58,062 bases of DNA, taken from the NCBI GenBank assembly GCA_013265495.1, contig MU058384.1, forward strand, positions 64,044-122,105. The letters run 5' to 3'. A model generated the notes under the pieces. It worked only from the letters and a program-made list of their open reading frames with translations. It was not told the origin of the DNA and made no database searches. Below are positions 24,401 to 36,830 of the stretch, in pieces; positions within the stretch are counted from its first letter, which is position 1; every line of letters starts with the position of its first letter. The stretch is from Vicugna vicugna (taxonomy: Eukaryota). The translations under genes were made by a program, and so were the position numbers.

Positions 24401-26210
24401 ATTATAATTATTTGATTGCCTTTCTTATAATTGCTATTATTGTTAATGTTAGCACAACATGATTTTTATGACATTGCTTCTGCCTTACTTTGCAACTTCA
24501 TTTGTCACCATTTATTCACATCTCCAAATCGCATGGTAGAAAGTTACACCAGAGCAGATCTTCTTGGCGAGAAGGGAATCGCTTAATTAACTTCATTATG
24601 CAAATGAAAGGCTAGTAAAACACCTTCATCTGGCAGAAGTGTCATATTAGGACCTGTTCTGATGTTCAGTAAACACCTTCTGTCATACTTCAGGGGAGGA
24701 GAATAGAACATTTTGCATAAGAAGTCGAGGAACTTACTGTGAAAGAAGTGATCAAAACCAGATATGCAATGCCCCGTGTTGGAAAGTTAAAGGTGGCCCT
24801 GGGTAAGGTTAACTGGAAGGAAAGGGGAAAAATGAACATCAGTGCTCCTAACGAGAACTCAACCATATGAAAGAAAGGTATGAATTGGTGTACTGACTTC
24901 AACACAAAAACAAGGGTTGGCTTGACATTGCTGGTCTGGGCACATCTTATGTTAAAGCTGGAAGTCTAGCAACCCTGACAAAGTGACATAATTTAGAAAT
25001 AAGGGTCAAGCATGTTGTGAAGGTAAACTGATACGTGCCCTGCTATCACTTGGTCTATTTTTATTATGTCTACAAACAGAGTTAAAAAAAGATATTTTCA
25101 TTTCACCCTGAGATATCCAAAACATGATAATCTAACAGATAAAATGTTGAGTCATTTTCTGTATGTTACTAAAGGAAACAGCTTTATTCTTGATTTTTGT
25201 AAAACTGTGACATTTACTGACAGACATAATTTTATAAAATACTGACTACTTAACTCACTATGAACAGACTATCTGTAACCTTAGTAAAGTCATTTATTTA
25301 AAGTATTTTTTTTAATTTGGTGATAAAAAGACCCTTCTAAAGTCAGCACTTCCTGCCAAAAACACTTGAAAGTAATTTTTTTCCTTCATCATCATTTTTT
25401 CTAGTGTTTATTTCACAGATAATATTTTCACTGAGATGTCCCAGTAGGTCCAGTCACAAGCTCTGATGATACTGGACTGCTGCTGAGGACCACATCCCTG
25501 GACCTCTTGCACCCAAGTGTACATTCTTCAGCTCGCAAGGTGGATTTCATCATTCAGAGTTTCCACTCTGGTCCTGATTTACTTTCATTTTCTGAATCAG
25601 GTGCTTTGCCTCTCACTGATTCTGTTTCTGGATTAGTGTCACTTCTTTCCCAAGACTGTTTCTGGTTCCAAATCTGGTTTGGCCTTTATTTGGCTACCAC
25701 TTTTATTCTCACTTTTGGTTTTGGTGGTTTTGATTATTTGGTCCAACCATATTTACCTTTTTAATGTTTGAGGTTTTTGTGTTTTTTTTCTATTTGTGTT
25801 AAAAATTCTGATTTCTCTTGACCTTTGAGATATCTGCTTCTGTTTCATCATGTCCCCAGATTATGGTTTAGTAATGTTGAAAGTAAAATTCCTGCTACTG
25901 ACTACAGTGCTGCCTAGTTGGCTGCCAATTGTCGATAAAATCCTATGTTATTCATTTTCTTGTGTGCCACTATAAGCTCAAATAAGTCAGAACAAGAGAA
26001 AAAAAGAAAAATCAATTTATGTTCACTAGAATAAAAAGCAACCACTAGATCAGGAAACATCAGGATAAGTATGTCTTTGAGATTGTCTGTGTCACTCTGA
26101 CCTTCTATTCTGGAACTGATGCAACCAACCAATTTTACTGAAATACAACAATTTGTATTCCAAATTTATTTGACCCATGGCTGAAATTGTAACATTGAGG
26201 CTACCAATCT

Positions 26211-26250
26211 GCGTGTGTGTGTGTGTGTGAGTGTGTGTGTGCATGTGTGT
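26211..26250. repeat. (TG)n microsatellite
   Basis: Direct reading. Confidence 0.95.
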
Positions 26251-26912
26251 TTGCTCAAATGGGAAAAAGAAATAAAAGTTTTGTTCTTCTCAAAAAAAGA
26301 ATGTAATTTGCCTCTTTCTTACAATGATCTGTTTATAGCTATTTCTGTGCATTTATTGATTGGTCAAAACATTTAATACATTGTCTGCCTTCAAGCATGT
26401 CTAATTTAAAGACTCATATCTGTTATTACAAAGATGCATTTATAAGAATCGCAGCTTAGAAAATGCAGAGCTTTGACTCTTACTAAGAACTTTGCCTGCT
26501 TAAAATAACAAGTGTATGGATCAGCCTGAAGGTGTTTTGAAATGAGAATATAAATGATACAGGATTGATTGCTTCTGGCCTGTGGAGAGCTTCGTCTCCT
26601 CTTGAGACATCTGAAGGACTCGTAGTGCACAACATTTCCTCCCTCTTGTCTCAAAAGAAAATAGAAAATCCCTATAGAAAGATATAAATAAGCCAAGTCA
26701 ATATGAGAGGAGACGCTTTATGTGCTGAAAACAAGATGCTAATAAACCTTAAATTTGACCCTTTAGCTTAAACTACAATTACTAAGAAAACAACATATCA
26801 TATGGAGAAACTCAGTTATAATCTCCATATTTCCACACCTTACTCTTGATTTTAAGATTCGTCTAATGTATGAATATAATATATTTTCTGAACTGATTAC
26901 TATAACTTTGCC

Positions 26913-27600
26913 TGTGGTTTTGCTTACCTATTGCTGCCTAGCAAACCACTCCATAACTCTGTGACTGAAAACATCAATTTATTATTATCTCTGTTGCATC
27001 TGTGCCCACTAGACTTGGTAGGTAGTTCTCATTTGAGGTACCTACCTCAGGCAACTGCAGTCTGATTGCAGTTGAGTCTGCAGACGACTGAAGGCGCCAT
27101 TGGACTTTTTACTCACATGGCTGGCAGCTAATGTTTCCTATCATCTGGAAGTTCAGCTGGGTTGTTGGCAGGAGCAATTACACTTGGCCCATCTATTAGG
27201 CTTGAGTTCTTCACGATTTGGCAGTTGAGATCTGTGGGGGAACATCCCAAGAGCAAGTGTTCCAAGAGGCCCAGCTTCTTATGACCCAGGTTTGGAAATT
27301 ATACAATGTGTCTCCCATTATATCTGCTGGTCAAAGCAATTCACAGGCCAAGGCCAAATTGAAGATGAGGTGAAATAGACTTTACCTTCCAATGTGGATG
27401 TTGCAATCAACTGTGGTCATATTTAATCAACCATATTCTGCTAAAATTATTTCTATTCCTCACACTGGAACAGACACTCATGTCCTCTCAAGGCCCTTCA
27501 ATAGTCCATGCATCACAGCATCAGGGGCAGGCTTGAGGTCCAGGAGTTCATCATCTCAAGTTCTGATGCAGCTGCAGATTATTCTCCACCATGAGTCATC
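26913..27600 (-). mobile_element. MaLR (MLT1-type) LTR plus probable start of the internal region
   Basis: CTATTGCTGCCTAGCAAACCACTCCATAACT...ATTTATTATTATCTC...CTTTTACTCACATGGCTGGCAGCT...CTTCTTATGACCCAG...TGGTCAAAGCAA, typical of antisense MLT1. Confidence 0.7.
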
Positions 27601-28199
27601 CTTTATTTTTATGAGAAATGGCTTGTTTTCATAGTTCAGTAACTTTGCTGCATGCTTCCTGTTTGTAGAAGGTTGAGGGACTAAAATCTTCTCTTTTTGA
27701 ACTTTCCCGACCTCTTCAGTTTAAACTGACAGATAGTGTTTCCACTAATACTAGAATCTTAAAATGGTTTTGAGTTTCCCAGAGATCTTATTGGGATTCA
27801 CTCTCCTAGATAAAAGCTATTGCTATAAATTTCAGACATATTTCTCTTTGTCTTGGGAGTGTGGGTGCCATGGAAAAATATCCTTATGTGTTCTAGAAAA
27901 ACTTTGTCTACCCCCCAAATCAATGACACACACTTAAGATCTTCAGAAGACCGTTCGTTTATATAAGACGATCTGGAGCACACAATTAAGACATTTAGAA
28001 AAACTTCCATCTTAACTTCCATAGTCCTAGAGGCTCTGCCTTAAATTTTTCTCACGTCTTAAGAAAAGGTATTAACAGCCACATCTTGGATCAGGAGTTC
28101 ATACTAAACCACATTTTACTGATAGCCCCTTAGGTTTGATTTTTGCCTAGTAAAACTTGAACGTCCCACAACTTCGTGGTCAGAAGCTAGTCTCATTTA

Positions 28200-29210
28200 T
28201 TACACTGCAGGAAGCTGGGCAGGCAGCAGTCCAGGGGCGGGGCTTGAGACTAGGGCCTCGATGATTGGCTCCTGTAGCCTCTTGCAGGGGGACCCACCAC
28301 GCACCTGCGGTGCTGGTGGACACGGACCGCCCAGTGCCATGCGCAGTGCGGCGCGCAAAGTCGCCTTCTTCCTGACCCTGAGCCCTCGCCTGAGGTGAAG
28401 GAGCGGGAAGAGACCTTGCAGGGGATTCTCCTCAGGCTGGAAGGGTTTTGCAGACTGACTAACACGTTCAGGAGCGACTCTCCGCAGATCTTGAGGAAAC
28501 ATCTCACTCTTTAAGGCCAAATTGGTGGAAATGCGTGGCGCGTACGCCAGAATGGACCAGCTTAAAGTCTTCCTCAAAGCGGTTGGGCACCACATCCCTT
28601 GCAGGAAGCCCCGTGTTTCGGGCCGAACGGGGCCATAGGGCTTTCTCACAGGCCCTGCAGAGGCGGCAGGGCTCCACCAGGCTCCACTTCCTCAGGAACA
28701 AACCACCTGCGCTGGCACCCCTGACGAAGGAGCTGCCCGCGGGGCCCCGGACTGAGGACGCCGGGAGGAAAGGCTCCAAACCCGCTGCTGCCGTAGGCTT
28801 GTGAGCGCTTAGTAGTTCTCCCGCCAGGAACGTGGGAAAGTGAAACTCTATAAACATGTGCAGTTCGAGTTTTTCCTCTTTTTTTATTGTCTTTTTTTTT
28901 TCCTTTTCTGAATTTCTTCCCTTGCTTCACGTAACAACGTGGGATTTGGAGAAGCATTTGGAACCCATGTGTGGCAATATCTCGGAGGTAAGCTGGAGAA
29001 GGCGTTTTCTGCCAGCGTTTGACCTGCCTTGAGTTCTAAAGGAGGGAGCCTTCAGCTCTGAGGACCCCCTGGTTGATGGCCGGGGGTCTCAAATTTCTCC
29101 CTTCCTGTGCACTGTAATCAAAGGGAGCCTGCTTGGTGCCGCCTGGTTGCATGGCTCCAGGTCCTTCTGTGTTGGTTTGTCTGCGAACCCCAGCGCGCAC
29201 GGGCTCAGTG
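28200..29210. promoter_or_regulatory. CpG island / promoter region of an unidentified gene or lncRNA
   Basis: Abrupt GC- and CpG-rich block in a CpG-depleted background; GC box GGGGCGGGGC at 28234-28243; NF-Y box TGATTGGCT at 28262-28270; NRF1-like CATGCGCAGTGCG at 28338-28350; strong donor GAG|GTAAGC (GT at 28988). Confidence 0.85.
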
Positions 29211-29364
29211 AATCATCTCAATAAAGGAGTTGAGGGTTAAAAAAAAAAAAAGAAAAAACAACAACCCACCAAAACCAAAAACAAAGCATACAATAGGTGG
29301 CACAAGGAAAGGATATACAAGAGGTTCACACGGAAGCTGAAGAACATTTGTGACCTTTTCTCAG

Positions 29365-29411
29365 ACTTCATGCATCAGTGCTTCCATTGAAACCTTTTGG
29401 CCGGATTTAAG
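29365..29411 (+). other. Candidate 47-nt exon (probably non-coding or 5'UTR)
   Basis: Acceptor CCTTTTCTCAG| and donor AAG|GTAAGA, just downstream of the CpG island. Confidence 0.4.
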
Positions 29412-30309
29412 GTAAGAGAAAATTGAGTCACAAAGAATTCGTGACCATTTTAATCTACCCTTTTCCAAAAAATCTCCTAATAATTAGATAATGAGGTCTC
29501 TTGTTTCTATTAGGTTATAGAAAATAATAAAAGTACACATATAAATTTAAAATAAGAAAATTAAGTAACTTTAAGTAAAGAAAAAAACCTTTTGCTTTAA
29601 GTATTCTGGACTTGTATGAAAGCTGTAGACACTTGCTGAAGTAGTAATTCAAAGAGCAAAAAACATTTTAGCTGTGAATTGGCTTAATGACCTTTGTCGT
29701 TTAGCTATATGATAAAGAGTAAGGGAATGTCAAGTACTATCAGGCTAGTAGGTGAAAATGCAAGTGATGATTGTCAATCCAATACAGTAATGACAGTTAA
29801 GACTTGGTAAACTACATGTGTGTATGTGTATATACATCTATGTGTGTGTTTATATATGGATCTCCTAATATATGTGAATCCTTGAAAAAATTTAATGTTT
29901 TATTTTCTTTTCAAATCAAGTGTGTTCTATCTGAACGTGTAAAAGTGTGAAAAATATTGTTAGCCTAATAGTATAATTTACAAAAGACTAATTTATTTTC
30001 TTATGGAAAACTTAATTTAAATTTTCTAAATTTCCCAAGTTGATTTTTTTGGTCAAGTTTTCTTGATGATGGTGTTTGTTTTCACAGGTGGTTTAAAGGT
30101 AGGAAGATGTTAAAAAAAAAGTGTGCAATTAAATTAAGTGATATTAACTGATGTCTTATAAAGCAGTATGCTTTTATGGGCCTCAGGTACTGTTGAGCAT
30201 TATGTAAAGTTAGGTTCTCCACTTAAAATATCTAATCAAAATATTTCTGACAAACTCATAATATCAATTATAATTTTTTTTGTGATAAGAACCAGATTAC
30301 ATTAGATTA

Positions 30310-31801
30310 AATTAAATTTTCAGAAAACTACATAGGAGAAAATCCAGATGGTCTTTAGTTTGGTGATGCATTTTTAAATACAACACTGGAAGCATGATCC
30401 AGGAAGAGAAAAATGATAAAATGTGGTTAAATAGACTTTATTAAAATTAAAATTTGTGCCCTGCTAAAGATGCTGCTAAGAGAGTCAAAAGAGAAATCAG
30501 GCAGGAAGAAAACATTTAAAATCACATATATGATAAGGGACTTGTTTCCAAAACATAAAAACTCTTCCAACTCTTAAAATGTAGAAATTAAAGGGAAAAA
30601 AACAATTAAGAAAGGGCAAAGATCAGAACATACATCCCACTAAAGAAGGTACAAAGATGTCATATAAGCTTATGAGATGTTCAGTACCATTTGTCATTAG
30701 GGAATTGCAAATGAGAAAAATGAGGTGCCACTTAGTTCAAACCTTTTAGGATGGCTACTCCTCCCCCACAAAAAAAAATGACAATATGAAATGCTGGCAG
30801 CAATGTAGAGCCACAGGAACTCTCTTTCACTGGTGGGAGTACAAAGTGGTAGAGCCATTTGGAAGGAAATTGAGCTCCTCTTTACCCAATTGATTTGAAA
30901 ACTTAAATCTACACAAAATCATGCATATGAGTATTTATAGCAGCCTCATTCATAAGCACTGAAAACTGAAAATAACCAGATGTCCTTCAATAGGGACTGT
31001 GGTACATCTATACAGTAGAATTTTATTCAGTCATAGAAATAAATGAGCTGCCAAGCCACAGAGACATGGAGGAATCTTAAATGCATATTACTAAATTAAA
31101 GATACCAATCAGAAAAGACTACGTGTTGTTTGCTTACAAGTATATGAAATTCTGAAGAGGCAAAACTATTGAGATAATAAAATAAACAGTGGTTGTCAGG
31201 GGCTTGGGGAGAGTTGGGGAGGATAAATAGGTAAAGAATAGAGGGTTTTTCAGGCAGTAAAGCTATTTGTATGATGCTATGAAGGTGGATACATGGCATT
31301 ACACATTTGTTAAATCCAGAGAACTTTATAGCACAGAGTGAACTTTAATGTATGCATGTGTTTACATCACTTAGAAGGTCAGGATATCCCAGAAAAGACG
31401 GCAGGATGTGACAAGAAAATCTAATTGTATTACAGATGTATTAAACCACCTCACTGAAGTGGATGTTGGGGAAAGGTGATAACTTAAGTAACTTTGGAAA
31501 TGAGTATCTTACCTGTAACACTAAGGGGAAAGGAAATTGCACAAAAACACTGTTGTAGTTGATGAAGTTATTTTATCATGGGGCTTAGGTTAACAGCTCT
31601 GATGTTACCATACGTGTATATTGGAATTGAACAGTTAAGCTAATGGATGGCAGATGGTGGGAGTCAATTTTCTTACTGTTAACGTGGGCATCTACAGATA
31701 ATCAAAAGTGTGGAGGCTGGAGTAATCTATGTGGTAATGGGTGAGAGTTGGACCCATTTAGTAACAACTCATGTTTAACTTGGTATGTATAGATACAGAT
31801 G

Positions 31802-31850
<49 letters not shown>

Positions 31851-32875
31851 GTATGTATTTATAGGCATGTGTGTATACACAGGTTTGTAAAAACACGTGT
31901 TTTATCTGTACTCTGTCAGCTGAGAAGGCCCTGAAAGAAACAACATCCTGGTAGTAACGGACATACAAGGAGCCCACACCTTATTTTCTAATACTGTTTT
32001 CCAGTGAAAATGAACCAAGCCTCCTTGGAAAAATGGCTAATTCTACATATAGTTGAGTCTAGTGATGCAGGAGCTAACTGAAGAGCTCCCAATGGCCAAA
32101 GCTAGAACAATTTGAGCAATAAAGAACAAAAAATCACATAATATTAAATTATAATCCAAAATATAAAATACATATCCATGATCACATACTGATAGAAGTA
32201 AATGATAAGATAAGTACGTAAATGAGGGAAAAGAGACAAATCTCTCATGCATAACAATTCTTTATATAGATATTCTATCATCAAGGAGGTTAAGGCATGA
32301 GTCCTTACTCCTTAGGTACGCTACATACAGTTAACTTTCTTCCAAAAATACAGCAAGGAAAAGGGAAAAAAGAGTAACTTTCCTGTAGGGAAAACTGACC
32401 AACGCTACCCTGGCTAGGTCACGAAAGTCAACATCAGCAGACACTGTCGTGTTGATAGGATGTACTCTTGATGTGATGTGATCAAAATGGTGTTCGTCCT
32501 CTCTGTGGTAAGAGAGGAAGGCACATTCCAATAGTGAGGCAGCCTGCAAAGTGCTTGACCAGTACTCCTCAAAACATTAAGGTCAATTAAAAGCAAAAGA
32601 AAGTCTGAGAAACTGCCACAGCACAGAGGAGCCTAAAGAGACAGAATGAGTAAAAGTAGTATGGTAAAACTAAGGAAATCAGAATAAATTATTGAGTTTA
32701 GTTAATATTAATAAATCAGTAACTGTAGCACATGTGCCATACCAATGTAAGATGTTAATAACAGGGGAAATTGGATGTGAGATGTTTGAGAACCCTCTGT
32801 ACTCTTTTCTCAGTTTCTCTCTAAATCTAAAACTGTTCTAAAAATTAAAGTATTTTTTAAAAGCTTAAAAAAAAC
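30310..32875 (+). mobile_element. L1MC/L1MD-type ORF2 end and long 3'UTR, with internal (TA)n at 31807-31850
   Basis: CATAGGAGAAAATC, TTTGTCATTAGGGAATTGCAAA, ACTTAAATCTACACAAAATCATGCA, CATGGAGGAATCTTAAATGCATATTACTAA; ends TAAATCTAAAACTGTTCTAAAAATTAAAG. Confidence 0.85.
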
Positions 32876-35699
32876 ACATATGCTTATGGAAAGATTGCCT
32901 TACTAGAGATGTGCTATTTTGCTAAAGTGCTCATGGATAATAGTTCTCTGTTTACAGTTTTTCTCTGTCTTTATGGGAACAGAAGTTGGTTACCTTGGTT
33001 AACTGTATTAGGTATAATCATTTAAGAAATATGGGAGGGCACACAGTTTGTTGTGAAAACTTGAAGGAAATTTGTTTGCTAGTAACAAGTTTGTGAAATA
33101 TTTTTAAAAAGAAATGACTAAGTTAGGTATAGGTAGTTGGGTCCAGTTTTATAGATTAATCCATAATATGGAAAAAGGTTTGTGACTGCTTTAGTGCAAA
33201 CTGTGACATGGATTATATGCAAAGAGTGAAATAAGAATTGCTTTCTTTCTGTTAAAATGACAGATATGTCTGGTTATATATCCTGTTCATTACATGGAAA
33301 TGCAAAAAAAATGATATACCATAATCAGATAGATGAAGTTAATTATATCACCAAAATGTTCTGACTTGAAAGCCTGTTAATGTGCCTTTTTTTTCCATTC
33401 TTTTCAATCACTAACAAAAGTTCTTCTCTTTTGTAAAAACTAGAATTCCTAATACTTATTATTACTTGTTCATATTAACTATTGTCACTATAAACCAAAA
33501 CTGAAACCATTTCTTGTTTTTAGATACTTACGAGTTATATCTTCTAATAGATCTTTTTGATACTGGCTTTCTTAAATTCAAATTTAAAAACTCAAATTCA
33601 GAATAATACTGTTAGAGTTCTTTTTTCACACTCATTCTGCCTTTGAGATTTTCCAGACAGCTGATTGACACTAAATGTTTTTTCTCTTTATAAAAAAAGA
33701 GATAAAAATTATGTATCCTTGGTGGTCTCCATTTTTAATTAATTTAAAATACAGGAGCTGTGCTAGTTATGAAGCCTTCACTCTGCAGAGTCCTGACAAA
33801 TCAAAAGGAGAAACTCAAATAGGATCCCTAGGATAAGTAGATACCAGTGGTGCTTTTTAAATATTTCTGCACTTGTGCCCCTTTCAGAATGGACAAAAGC
33901 ACAATCATGTTTATGGATAAAGACTGTCAATAACTGTCATTGAATTGATTTATAAATTTATTTTGTAATCTTGTCACTCCGTGACAAGCACAACAGATAC
34001 TTTACGCGATGAATTAGAAGTCCCCAGAGGCTTGCCAGTGCCTCACTGTTCACTTTCTTACTCTGAGGATTATCATTGACTTTATCCCTAAAAATTGGGT
34101 TGTTACCTCAGTAGAAGATTTCAGTCTCCTCTTTCCTAAATTTCCATATATTATAATAAATTAAACAGAACCTTTCAGTCTCATTAATTACAGTTGTTTT
34201 TTGCTTTTCCCTTACACTTGTCTACAGGGCCCTGCATAATTATTCTGGGAGAAAGTTAAAAAGAATAATAATCTTGATAAAGAGCATTACCAGGCATTTT
34301 TGATTATTCATATTTAATAGACACATGGGAAAGTGTCTCAAGTTTGAAGTGATACTGTCACTATAAAGGGATCCTTTTTATTCTGTGGATCTGAGTCGGG
34401 ATTTCCAAGATAGTCTAATAGCTGACAGCTTCATGAATATTGACTCTTTAACTACACTGAGATAATCAACAAGAATTAATTCCTTAGGACTGAATGAAAT
34501 AGATAAACTGTGGTCAAACTTCTGTTTAATAATGGACATAAGAGAAACACCCCATTTCTTCTTAGCTATATCTAAATATCAATTTCACAGACTATATTTG
34601 TATAAACTGTAATGAAACACTGTCTAAATAGTTTTTTTTTTTTACAAATCAACCATGTACGATTCAGAAAATACAGCATAAAGCAATGATTAAGTGTGAA
34701 TTAATGAATCAATTGGAAAACTTAAGGACAGTGAACCTGTAGAGTAGAAATATATCATTAGATTTGCCTGACCTACAAAATTACTGGGAACTATAAACAC
34801 AAGACAAAGTACTTTTACCGGGTACCCTTATTATTCATAACCATGTGGTTATTTACTAAGTTTATTAAGAATCCGTGTTTCAGACAAAGAACTGTACTTC
34901 ATTTGTGTATTTGGTGCCTAAATGTCCTTTCAGAAAACTAGCATAGAATATGTTCTATAGCTAATGGAAACTTATACTCACAAGTCATAATGAATGTTTC
35001 CTCATTGTAGGTCAAGTACCCTCAAATGAATATTGATTTAAAAAAATAATTAAAAAAAAGGGTATTCTTAGATTGTTAGTTCCTGTAGGTAAACCCAGTA
35101 TAAATGAATCATCTGATTCTGTCTCTAACCTTGAAGTAGTTAATACAAGCATACAAAGGCCATGAAAATGATTTCTGGCATATAAACATGACTGCGTTGT
35201 GATTCAGTCAACATGGCTTTAGGGTATCTCCAGACAGATATTACCTGTCCAACCCTAGTATTGTCGAATGTCACCCTCTTCTCATATTGTTAACCATGAC
35301 ACAAGAGCTTTTATGTATTAATCATTGTATCTCATGGCATCCATGGGGAAAAAAAAGCCAGAAACACAAAGTGTAAATAAATGACATTGAAACAGAAAAT
35401 AGCTAAATACAATTATGTGGTCAAATCATGCTTTAGAGGTAGAAATTATTTTCAAGGACGTATATAGCAAATTGACACCATGCCTTGTCACCATAATTGG
35501 TAAGCACGGTTATAACATTCCCCTGTCAAAGATGAAAGGAAATAACAAAATTTTTTAAAAGACCAAACACTTTGTACCTTGAGATAAATAATAAAAGCAC
35601 CAACTATGCAAAAACAGGGTTTTATCATACTTGGACAAACGAAAGCAATGTACCGAATCTTTAGTTTCAAATGGTAAAATGCATCACGAATATTTTCTG

Positions 35700-35980
35700 A
35701 GAGTCCTGACTCCCTAAAATTTCTTTCCCTCATTACTTTACAAGGCTCTTTCCTATTCTTATGAAATCTTTCCTGTCTTCCAAAGAGGCTGGAGGCTTCT
35801 CTTCGATGCTCCCACTGTGTCTTGTGCACACCGTTATTAGTGTGATTAGCATTTTGATGTATACTCTCAACTTCTGTTTCCCTCATTAGATTATAAACTT
35901 TAGGAGGATTATAACTATTGATATGTGTCCCCAGTGAATGGCATAACACTCTCAACAAATGTATGTTTAATTGAATTATC
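35700..35980 (+). mobile_element. L2 3' end
   Basis: TCTGTTTCCCTCATTAGATTATAAACTTTAGGAGG...TGTGTCCCCAGTG...CTCAACAAATGTATGTTTAATTGAATT. Confidence 0.6.
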
Positions 35981-36102
35981 TATTGGTAATTGGTTTTTTT
36001 TTTGTATAATTTATTTTCTTTCTCAGTAATTTTTAGCTTGTCTTATTTATTCACATTGGGCATATGACAGCTCACTGTCACCTAAGAAGCCTTTCTATTC
36101 AG

Positions 36103-36830
36103 TGATTGATTGATTGATTGATTGACTGTAATACAGCTAGTTTACAGTGTTGTGTCAGTTTCTGGTGTACAGCATAATCTTTGTCATACACATACAGTAT
36201 TCATTTTCATTGTAGGTTACTATAAGATATTGAATATAGTTCCTTGTGTTACACAGAGGAAATCTGTTTATCTATTTTACATATATAGTACTTAGTATCT
36301 GCAAATCTTGAACTCCCAGTTTAGCCCTTCACACCCTCTTCCGCCCTAGTAACCATAAGTTTGTTTTCTATGTCTATGAGTCTGTTTCTGTTTCATAAAT
36401 AAGTTCATTTATGTCTGTTTTTTTTTAAGATTCCACATATGAGTGATATCATATGCTATTTTTATATCTCTTTCTGGCTTACTTAGAGTGACAATCTCCA
36501 TGTCCATTCATGTTGTTGCATGTGACATTGCTTTATTCTTTTTATGGCTGAATAGTATTCCATTGTACAAATATACCACAACTTCTTTATCTAGTCATCT
36601 GTCGATTGACATTTAGGTTGTTTTTATGTCTTGGCTATTGTATATAGTGCTTCTGTGAACACTGGGGTACATGTATCTTTTCAAATTAGAGTCCCCTCCT
36701 GATATATGCCCAGAAGTGGGATTGCTGGATCATATGGTAAGTCTATTTTTAGATCTTGGAGGAATTTCCAAACTGTTTTCCATAATTGCTGCACCAAACT
36801 GCATTCCCACCAACAGTCTAGGAGGGTTCT
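36103..36830 (-). mobile_element. 5'-truncated artiodactyl L1 (ORF2 C-terminus plus 3'UTR), tail converted to (GATT)n
   Basis: TTTACAGTGTTGTGTCAGTTTCTGGTGTACAGC...GATTCCACATATGAGTGATATCAT...GCACCAAACTGCATTCCCACCAACAG; homologous to 55571-56250 of this window. Confidence 0.92.

Noticed and set aside
28200..28957. Five overlapping ORFs of 85-149 aa in the CpG island
   Set aside because: Expected from stop-codon scarcity in GC-rich DNA; no recognisable domain
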